Below are positions 23,357 to 31,864 of a stretch of DNA of 64,000 nucleotides, one piece after another. The DNA is from Naegleria gruberi (lineage: Eukaryota): NCBI GenBank assembly GCA_000004985.1, contig GG738867.1; one strand, given 5' to 3'. Position numbers and translations under genes: made by a program. The notes beneath the pieces are model-generated. The model did no database searches. It had not been told where the DNA came from and saw only the letters and a list, made by a program, of their open reading frames with translations. Numbering within the stretch: the stretch's first letter is position 1; each line of letters starts with the position of its first letter.

Positions 23357-23373
23357 GCTTCAGCGTTAGTCTA
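23357..23373. repeat. Right terminal inverted repeat of the transposon, followed by the target-site-duplication copy ATCATTTC at 23374..23381.
   Basis: It is the exact reverse complement of 22517..22533. Confidence 0.8.
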
Positions 23374-24269
23374 ATCATTTCTCGATAGTGATCTTCTGAT
23401 ATCTTTTTAACTGGAAATTGCATTCCATTTTCATCCAATAAATGTTTGAATAGAGCAAATCTTGAAAGATGAATTAATTCTTCACATTTCTCTTGCAAAG
23501 AATGAATTTTGGATGATTTACAAGTTTCTTTGAGAAACATTTCAATAACAGACTTGCAAACTGAAATTCTGTTCGACTGTTTTGCAACAGAGAGACAGAT
23601 TCTTTTACAATTCATATAAAACCATTTCATTTTCATCAAATACGAATACAATTCCAGGATGGTCATTTCATTACACTGTAAATCATCTAAATCCAAAGTA
23701 AATTGATTAATATTTGGTGTTTTCTCTCCTAATTCCTTCAACAGCGAAATTTCATGTTGACCTCCACTCATTTCGTTTTGTAAAGCTATTTCATTAACTT
23801 GATTCATTGCTCTTGAGAAGACTGCAGACAAGAAGTTCTGCATCTCATTGAACGGTATCTTTGACATTATATTGAATGCAGAAGCATAAAAGAAAACCAT
23901 TGAAAATGATGATGAGGAACGAGAATGAATTTGTTGAGTGTCATCTTGAAGAGAGGAAAGAAAATCTTCTTTCCATTTTACTGAATCTTTCATTTGAATT
24001 AATAGAAGAAGTAAATATCTTTGGACTGAATTAATTTCAATATCTTTGAATGAGTTAATATCTCTTCCGATAGCAGTTGGGTGGTCATTGTCTGATGTTG
24101 AAGGATGGCTGTTGACATCTAGGTCTGTTAAACATAATTCTTCAGCCATTTTTTTAATGAAAACCAAAAAGGCAACCAACTGTAAGATGTATGATAGGAA
24201 GTTTTCAAATATTTTCTCACAGTTACCTTAAGATAAAAGTACTCTTTAGAAATTACATTAAAAAATAAT

Positions 24270-26153
24270 TTAATCTTGTGGAGCAACAAGTCCATTTTCC
24301 TTTGGTTTCAACAAGTATTCCAAAATTGAAGGGGTAATTTCTTCCAACAAGTCAAAGGCCTTTTGCTTATCCATGTCATTGGTTTCAACGTACCATTTAA
24401 GCTTTGGTTCAGTACCACTGTTTCTGATGGTTGCAGAAGTACCATTTTCAAAAGTGAAAGTAATCATTTGAGAAGTTGGAGTGGCAGGAAGAAGTGGCTT
24501 GTTATCCTTTTGGGCAGAATCATAGTCTTTAGTCAAATCTCTGAGAGAAGCAATCTTGAAGTGCTTTGAACTATCTCTAATACTTGGAATGAAGGTTGGA
24601 TATCCACCATTTTCAATCTTTCTGAGTTCTTCCATAACCTTGTGCAACAAGTCAGTGGATGGTGTGAAGAAGTAACGAGTCTTCATGGCAAAGAAACCAT
24701 ACTTCTTATAGATATTTTCAATTTGTTCACTCAAACGTTTAACAACACCTCCCTTGTAGTGACTGTGGGCCATTTCAGCAAAAACTGAAGCAGCTCTAAC
24801 ACCATCCTTATCCAAACTACAGTCACCAACCAAGAATCCAATTTCAACTTCATAACCTAACAAGAAAGTGTATCCATCCTTGATATATTGATCAGCTCTG
24901 TTACCAATCCATTTGAAACCAGTGAGAGTTTCATCAAACTTGAAACCTTCATGAGCAGCCATAGCTCTCAAAATCTTTGAACTGACGGTACTGGCAATCA
25001 TGACACACTTGGCGTAGTCTTCGTTTGGATGAGAAGTCTTATATTGAGTCCAAACCCAATCAGCCAACAACATGGCAATTTCGTTACCATTGAAAATTCT
25101 CCAAGATCCATCAACTTGTCTTTCAGCAACAGCCAATCTGTCAGCATCTGGATCGTTAGCCAAAATGAGAATAGCACCTTCCTTTTCACACTTGTCCATG
25201 GCAAGTTTGAGAGCACCTTTACCTTCCTCAGGATTTGGATATTTTACAGTGGTAAATTCTGGATCAGCTTCAATTTGCTCTTCAACAGGAATGCATTTTG
25301 GTAAACCATACAAATCAATAGCTCTATATGTGAAAGGAGTACCAACACCATGCATAGCAGTATATACAATTTTCTCATCGGAAATAACTGGCTTACCATT
25401 GCTGTAATTATATTTACGAATGGCTTCAAAATATTCATCAGCTTGAGTTTTGGTTGGATCTTGCAACAAGTGAGACCATGGAGACAAATCAATAACTTGT
25501 TCTTCATCACCTCCATTTCCGTCTGTCTTTAATTGTTTTCTAACTTCTTCCCAAATTGATAAATTTTGCATGATAGCAGCAGAAATGTATTCATCTTGTG
25601 GAGGAATAATTTGACAACCATTTTCCCAATATAATTTATAACCATTATCTTGCTTTGGGTTGTGTGATGCAGTAACCATGACACCAGCAATGCATCTCTC
25701 TCCACTATTACTTCTATTAATATTACTGACAGCAAAAGGAACAAATGGTGTGCATACCATTGTTCTAAACAAATGTACAGTGTATCCCTTGGAGAGGAAA
25801 ACACCAGCAGTCAAGTTTGCATATTGTTTAGAATGATGTCTGCCATCATATCCGACAACTACAGAAACTTTGCTCCTATCACTAACATCTTTTGTACATT
25901 CTTCAATGTATTTACAAACTCCTTGAGATGTTTGCAAAATAATCAATTCATTCATGCATGAAAATCCAGCAGCCATCAAACTTCTCAAGCCAGCTGTACC
26001 AAATTCAATACGCTTACATAATCTCTTTTCCAATTCAGCTACATTTCCCTGTTGGACAAGGTTTTGAATATCCTTTCTAGTCACTTCAAAAGGATCAAGC
26101 TCCAACCATTGATCGACGAGTTGTTGAATATGTTGAGGAATTGTTTGGGACAT
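24270..26153 (-). CDS. Phosphoglucomutase-2 / phosphopentomutase (alpha-D-phosphohexomutase family, PGM2-like), 627 aa.
   Basis: A single ORF. The active-site phosphoserine loop reads VTASHNPKQDNGYKLYW, and the N-terminus contains FGTAGLR. Length and architecture are typical of eukaryotic PGM2/PGM2L1. The ATG at 26151-26153 follows an A-run. Confidence 0.85.
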   Translation of the reverse strand: MSQTIPQHIQQLVDQWLELDPFEVTRKDIQNLVQQGNVAELEKRLCKRIEFGTAGLRSLMAAGFSCMNELIILQTSQGVCKYIEECTKDVSDRSKVSVVVGYDGRHHSKQYANLTAGVFLSKGYTVHLFRTMVCTPFVPFAVSNINRSNSGERCIAGVMVTASHNPKQDNGYKLYWENGCQIIPPQDEYISAAIMQNLSIWEEVRKQLKTDGNGGDEEQVIDLSPWSHLLQDPTKTQADEYFEAIRKYNYSNGKPVISDEKIVYTAMHGVGTPFTYRAIDLYGLPKCIPVEEQIEADPEFTTVKYPNPEEGKGALKLAMDKCEKEGAILILANDPDADRLAVAERQVDGSWRIFNGNEIAMLLADWVWTQYKTSHPNEDYAKCVMIASTVSSKILRAMAAHEGFKFDETLTGFKWIGNRADQYIKDGYTFLLGYEVEIGFLVGDCSLDKDGVRAASVFAEMAHSHYKGGVVKRLSEQIENIYKKYGFFAMKTRYFFTPSTDLLHKVMEELRKIENGGYPTFIPSIRDSSKHFKIASLRDLTKDYDSAQKDNKPLLPATPTSQMITFTFENGTSATIRNSGTEPKLKWYVETNDMDKQKAFDLLEEITPSILEYLLKPKENGLVAPQD

Positions 26154-26359
26154 TTTTTTGATTTTTTTTTTAAAGATTTAATGAAGGCTATTTTTGATTC
26201 CTCCGAAAATGGCTTTATCATCATCATGGATGATAATTAAACGATTTTTATATTGACAAACGTTGATCTGAAATATTAAGCATGCTTATTGAGTGTTGGT
26301 TTTGTAAAGAGTTTTGTAAATAGATTTAATCTATTTAAATCTTTAAATTTTAAAAAAAA

Positions 26360-28913
26360 ATGGAAAGAGTTTCGCCTCATGTTCATCTCTTGGCAAATAT
26401 TTGGGAAAATGAAAATTGTAAACTTCCTATCATTATTGAAAAACATAAAGAAGAAGATTTAAAATCATCGCCATTATCTTCTAAAAGAATTGATTATTTA
26501 ATTCCGAATCAGAAACTATTGATCAATTCAAATATTTATTCAATTGATTTATTAAGTAATGATGCAAATTGTGATGATAATAATAATACATCTCCAATTG
26601 ATGATGGAATTAATCATCATGATGGGAATGAATTAGAAGAAATTACTTGTCTTGATCGATTGTTTGTGTTGGAAGAGGTTTTATCGAGGGAGGAATGTCA
26701 AGATTTGATCAATGTGACTAATGAATTAGGTTATCGTTCGATTGATAGAGAATATTCGAAAGAGTATAGAAATAGTGAGAGAGTAGTGGTAACTAGTAAG
26801 AAAGTAGCAGAAATATTGTGGAATAGGATAGTGTAGGTTTTACAGTTTGGTTCATTTACTGATAAATTCGAATAGACCATTGATGAAGAAGGAAGATATT
26901 GCTAATGTGAAACCATACGGATTTGATAATAACGGGAAATGGATTCCAATAGAATTATCAGAATGTTTGAGATTTAACAGATATAAGGAAGGAAATTTCT
27001 TTAAACCTCACATGGATTCTCACTTTGTCAGAAATGACAATGAGAGAAGCATATTTACCATTCTTATTTATTTAGATGATTCTCCTTACGGTACTACCTT
27101 TTGGAAAAAGATTCCAGACGAAACAAATGAGGAACTTGCCAGCACCAAAATGAATTTCAAGAAATTATTAACAGTTCAACCAAAAGCTGGATCCATAGCA
27201 ATATTTAATCATGATATTTATCACTCTGGAGATTTTGTAAATGAAGGGTACAAATATGTTGTCAGAACTGAAATGATTTTCAAGAGAATAGATCCAGAAA
27301 GTGTATATAGACAAGATTATAGAGAAACAGCAGAATTTCAAAAAGTGAAACAATTAGTGGACGAAAGCAATCAATTAGAGAAGGAAGGAAATTTAAAGCT
27401 TTCCACCCAAAAATATATTCAAGCCCATGAATTACAAACTACAAAAGCCAACAGTATCCAAAAGGTTAACATTTCTAACAGGATTGGGCAATTACCAGAA
27501 GAAATGTTCCTTCTCATATTTTCATTTATGAAAACAGAGGAAATTTCAAACTCTTTCATCAAACTTGATAGAAACCTGAACTCTATCACAAGACACTCAA
27601 AGGTTTGGAAGGAAAGATATTGTCAAAAGTGGTCAGACAAACCCAAAGTCCCTCTCAACAAAGCAAATGGATTTAAACGAGATTATTACTATCAAATGGA
27701 TGATGACGAAATAGTTGAAGAAGGAACAATCTACTCAATGGAAAATGCAATCACCATTCAACATGAACAAACACTGGGAGATTGGTATCATGCCTTTGCA
27801 ATGAGATCTAATCAAGAAAAATTTATGGAAGTTGTATTGCTAGATTTTGTTGGAGGCAATTATAGATATGGACTTTCAAGCCAATCATTGTTTTACGTTT
27901 CGCCTGCCTCTTGTGGAATACCGAATCATCCTCATTTCTCTCTTGTGGGTTATGATTATCAGAGTATCCTTTGTGGTGATAGGTATTTTGTATCTGCTTT
28001 CCAGTGTGATGATCTTCCACTAATGGAAAGGAATGGGCAAATATTAGACATGCGTAATTTTAAAGAAATGATTACACAGCTTTACAGAGATGATCTGAAA
28101 AAGAGTATGGCTACTCCTCTATTGATTTCCATTCCAGTTGTGTGGACAGATAAACAATTATCAGTAGTTAGTACTGAACTGGTAAGTTATTTATTAATAC
28201 TGGATTAAACAGTTTATTTAAAGATTAACATGGGATTGGATGTAATATTTATTGATGAGGCAAAACTCAGGTCATTTTACTATCAGAAACCGAATTGTTT
28301 AATCATAAAATTGACAGAAAATGGAATTTATTTCATTCCAGTTAAGGAAAATGAGATGGTTAGAAAATATTATCATTTAAAAGATATGAAAAATCAAACC
28401 AGCTACCCATACCCATCAATTCTAAAAATCGCTTTCATTCCATCTGTTGACATAATTGACGAAACAGTCTTGAATGTTGAACCAATAGATATTGGAACAC
28501 ATTATAACCCAAAGATAGTTGGGAAAGAAGAAAGAGTCAAATTAGGAACAGAAATATTATTACAGGTAACAAATGCAATAGAAGAATATAAGAATTGTAT
28601 AGAAAATTGGAAAAGCAGAAATGTGACTGATAATATAATAGTTGTTGGAGAGTTTGCTCATTTGGAAAATATGAAATCCGTAGTTATTGGCCTACTCAGC
28701 AAAAATTTTCCAAATAGTTCCATTACGTATCAAGAAAATCACTTAGACAAGACGGTCAAAATTATTAACGAAAACAGTAGAAAGATGGGATATAGAGGAG
28801 GTTCTTTTGATGTTGTGGGTGGAGCAAAGATAATTTGCAGTTTGAGTAACTTTAGGGAGGATTATTATGAAAAACGTTCTAAAAAGAAAGAAAAGCGATG
28901 CACAATTGCCTAA
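26360..28913 (+). CDS. Three-module protein of about 824 aa: an N-terminal prolyl-4-hydroxylase-like 2OG-Fe(II) oxygenase, an F-box, and a C-terminal actin-related-protein (actin-fold) domain. Structure: join(26360..26832, 26876..28181, 28224..28913).
   Basis: ORFs 26360..26836, 26847..28208 and 28230..28913 join in-frame through a 43-nt intron (GTAGGT..CGAATAG, phase 2) and a 42-nt intron (GTAAGT..TTTAAAG, phase 0). The oxygenase core reads RFNRYKEGNFFKPHMDSHF...SIAIFNHDIYHSGDFVNEGYKYVVRTEMIF (HxD...H...R). The F-box reads LPEEMFLLIFSFMKTEEISNSFIKLDRNLNSITRHSKVWKERYCQKW. The actin-fold signatures are MEVVLLDFVGGNYRYGL (phosphate-1-like DxxGxxxxxG), TELINMGLDVIFIDEAKLRSFYYQKPNCLIIKLTENGIYFIPV (compare actin [42 protein letters not shown]) and a C-terminal GGSFDVVGGAKIICSLSNF (compare actin WIGGSILASLSTF). 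Confidence 0.5.
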
Positions 28914-28916
28914 AAT

Positions 28917-29597
28917 TTAAACATGAATGACAGAGTCTACATTTTTATCATGTTTCTCGGTTGGAATGATGAATTTAGTCTCTTCACTATCGATTAATTG
29001 TTTCTCAATTAATTGGTGTTTGTAGTTATCTGAGAGTTGGAAGTTTTCGTCTATAAATTGGCATGAAAAACAAATTCCAACAAGATTAGTTTCAAATTCA
29101 GTCCTACTTTTCAATTCATCCATTTTATGGAAGAAGCTATCATAATAACCCTTTCCTCTTCCTAATCTTCTATTTGAATAATCAAATGCAAGTCCTGGAA
29201 CTACCACTAATAATTTACTATCTCCATTCAAAGAATTCAACAAATCTTTTCTATGAGATAAGCTTTCAATTGGAGGTTCCAATAATTTATATTTGGCATT
29301 GTGAATTTTAAATGTTGAAAAATCCAATTCATCCTTTAAAGAAACCATCTTCATAACATCTCCCATTACAATCGGAATAAACAATTGTTTTTCTTTTTTG
29401 AGAGCATCATGAATAATATCCATTGTATCAACTTCATTACCACTTTGCATTGGAATATAACAACAAACATGAGTACATTGTGAATAAAATTCACTATTTA
29501 AAATTCGTTGTGTTATGCTTTTGGATTCCGATTGGATTTGTTCTGGTGTTAAAAGGGAGAGTTGGCGTTTAAAGTATGAACGGAAGATATTTTTCAT
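28917..29597 (-). CDS. 5-formyltetrahydrofolate cyclo-ligase (MTHFS), 226 aa.
   Basis: A single ORF with family motifs ...VVPGLAFDYSNRRLGRGKGYYD... and an N-terminal ...SESKSITQRIL.... Its stop lies 3 bp from the stop of the convergent 26360..28913 gene. The start context is aaaaaaaATG. Confidence 0.8.
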   Translation of the reverse strand: MKNIFRSYFKRQLSLLTPEQIQSESKSITQRILNSEFYSQCTHVCCYIPMQSGNEVDTMDIIHDALKKEKQLFIPIVMGDVMKMVSLKDELDFSTFKIHNAKYKLLEPPIESLSHRKDLLNSLNGDSKLLVVVPGLAFDYSNRRLGRGKGYYDSFFHKMDELKSRTEFETNLVGICFSCQFIDENFQLSDNYKHQLIEKQLIDSEETKFIIPTEKHDKNVDSVIHV

Positions 29598-29675
29598 TTT
29601 TTTTGTAAAGTGTTAAAAAAGTTGTTTTCATTTAATCTTGATTTTTCAAACAACACAGATTAGTTTTTTTACAAG

Positions 29676-31064
29676 TTAGCATGATTCTATTGAAGGATAG
29701 CATACACAGAATGCTGCACTGTCCATTAATAACATGGACTCACCATCACTATTCCATTTAAAGTTTTGTACATTAAAGCTGGCACTTGGAATATCAACAC
29801 ATGAGCATCCTTCTCTTGACCAAATATAAATTTTTCCATTTCCTGTACAAATGGCCAATCTAACATGAACTGGATCCCATTGTGCATACCTAATTGGTTG
29901 TGTTTGTAATATAAGTGAACATAATGAAAGTTTGCTAGTTTCCCAAATCCATAATGCATTTGGCATGCTATCATTCCTAGTAAAGAAATATTTTGAATCA
30001 CAACTCCAATCCATCAATCCAACGCCTTCCTGAGGATTAGCCTTCTTATAATCGACAGCCTTAACAGTTTTCAAATTGACAGGCAGCTCAGCAATAACAT
30101 CTAATAGGTTAAATTATTTTGCCAAATTGAAAAACTTACATCTTGTTTTGCTGTGAGATGCAGACTTGTTTGTTCCAACAAATTCGACTTCTTGGAAAAC
30201 TACTGGATTATTTGGATGAGTTTCTATTGATACAGGTGTACCGTGATCGTATGTTGCTGTCAATTTCCATGTTAGATGATTGAGTATTCTAGCCTTTTGA
30301 TCGAAACTGCCAATAGACAACAACTGTCCATTTGGTGACCATTTAACGCTTTTGACACCCAATAAATCGTTATATGCAGAGTAGTGAGCAATCTCTGATC
30401 CTGCTGGCGAATATATTGTGACTGAGTATTCGATTTGATGATCCCATACTACAAGGAATCTACCATCAGGAGACCATTTCAAATCAGCAAGGTTCTTTGT
30501 CCTCACAGGAAAATGTTTAACTAATTCCCAAGTTTCTGTAACAATTATTGAAATGTAATCTTTACAATCTCTTCTTTCAGCAAGTGCCATATACTTTCCT
30601 CCATTTGGAGTAAAATCTATTCCTTTAGAAGTGAATTTAGGGTATTTGATATGTGCAACGTGTCCCGAAAATTCATCATTATCAGTTAAGGAATTATTCT
30701 TCAATATCGACCAAATTGTAATTCTTAATTGGAAATCAGCAGTAACAAGAACATGTCTTGAATCTGGAGAGAATCTTGCATAGCTTACTCCTGCTGGACC
30801 TTCCTCAATCTTACATTTCCAAGTGTTATCACTAATACTCCAAACCTCAACACAAGCTCTTTTATATTGAGCACAAAGAATAAATTCATTATCAGCACTC
30901 CATTCAATTTGAGAAATTACATCCGAACAAGTATAAATTCTCAACACTTGTAAAGACTCTACATCTTTAATCACTAGCCTATATCCTGATGAACTGGCAA
31001 TGTATTTTCCATTTGGCGAAAATTTACAAATACCAGAATATTTAAATACTTCACTAAAATCCAT
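29676..31064 (-). CDS. WD40-repeat protein, WRAP73/WDR8-like, of about 450 aa. Exons about 30140..31064 and 29676..30100; intron about 39 nt (GTAAGT..TATTAG, phase 1).
   Basis: ORFs 30114..31064 and 29676..30074 join as ...HSKTR / Y / VIAELPVNLKTVKAVDYKK.... Repeated WD-like blades are present (KFSPNGKYIASSS, WSADNEFILCAQ, FSPDSRHVLVTADFQLRITIWS, WSPDGRFLVVWD, WSPNGQLLSIGSFDQKARILN, and the C-terminal WDPVHVRLAICTGNGKIYIWS). The overall order matches WRAP73. Confidence 0.65.
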
Positions 31065-31296
31065 ATTATCCTCTCCGTCTCCGAATACCTATAATGTTAT
31101 ATTGTAGTAGTTCTTTTAAAAACAGATGAATGATTGTGCACTAGAGCAATTTAGAGGTTTTCGCTGGAACCCGAATGAAATCAATTTTTTAAACTTTAAA
31201 ATACAACAAAAAAATAAGCGCCAAAAATCAAAGGCTAAATTTCATGTGATTGTTTTAAATTGTGTTTTAATTATTAGAAATTTAAATCATTGAAGA

Positions 31297-31850
31297 ATGA
31301 ATGGAGCTGATATTGCTTCAGGTTCTTTTATGACTCCGAAATTGTTTTTAAAACCATCGAGAATTAATTTAAATTCCGTACCGGATAGGAGTGTTTATTT
31401 TGCAGAAAGAAAATCTAATGATGAATATTTCGGAAATCAATTTGTTATTGATTTAAAAACAGGAAAATTGAAAAAACAAAAGTTTTTTGTGAAGGATAAG
31501 AAGGAATTGGATGAGTTGTTTAACCAAAATTATCAACCAAAACAGGAATCGTTTTTGACTCAAAATATTCATCAAACACGAAAGAAATCACCCATGAACA
31601 ACATTTAAAGGAGAGAGCCAAGAAGGCCACAGTAGTTATTTTCAAAAAATTGAAAATGATTGCTGAAAGGAGAAAAATGTTAAAACAGGTACAATTAAAC
31701 CTTATTGAAACAAAACAAATTATCAATCATAGACAAATAATGTCCAATAATGACAATTTGCTCAACCTTCACAACACAATAACTCAGCTTAAAAAAGAAA
31801 GAAAGGACAAAATATCTAACAACATGCTTGCGCTTGCACTACTGGAGTAG
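31297..31850 (+). CDS. Hypothetical small basic protein. Two ORFs (31297..31608 and 31650..31850) are offset by one nucleotide, suggesting a single gene with a frameshift.
   Basis: The second ORF's frame is open upstream back to about 31515 and overlaps the first ORF's 3' end by about 90 nt, which contains a T5 run. No canonical intron can reconcile the two frames. No domain was recognised; the sequence is K/Q/N-rich. Confidence 0.25.
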
Positions 31851-31864
31851 TGTGGTTTAATAAA

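Larger units (their letters stand above)
22517..23373. mobile_element. Non-autonomous DNA transposon (hAT-like miniature inverted-repeat element), 857 bp.
   Basis: Perfect 17-bp terminal inverted repeats (TAGACTAACGCTGAAGC at 22517..22533; its reverse complement GCTTCAGCGTTAGTCTA at 23357..23373). Flanked by a perfect 8-bp direct duplication (ATCATTTC at 22509..22516 and 23374..23381). Subterminal short repeats of AAA(A)ATGGC(C)AAAGTCA-like motifs occur near both ends in inverted orientation. Internal GC content is higher than the surroundings. The only internal ORF (93 aa) is too short for a transposase. Confidence 0.75.
22235..24149 (-). pseudogene. Gene for an unknown protein of about 350 aa, disrupted by a transposon insertion in a coding exon. 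The flanks are 23382..24149 and 22235..22508; one target-site-duplication copy is at 22509..22516.
   Basis: Upstream of the element the minus strand reads ...FPVKKISEDHYREMI. Downstream it reads EMMSILEFIENRNYSMIHQMF...DLICKIH*. Removing the 857-bp element plus one 8-bp target-site-duplication copy restores a continuous frame (...EDHYREMMSILEFIENR...) of exactly 350 codons. The inserted length (865 bp) is not a multiple of 3, so read-through shifts the frame and ends in a stop. Confidence 0.6.

Noticed and set aside
24998-25532. Several 60-111-aa ORFs on both strands within 24270..26153.
   Set aside because: All overlap the PGM2 coding sequence in other frames or antisense, and none has motifs.
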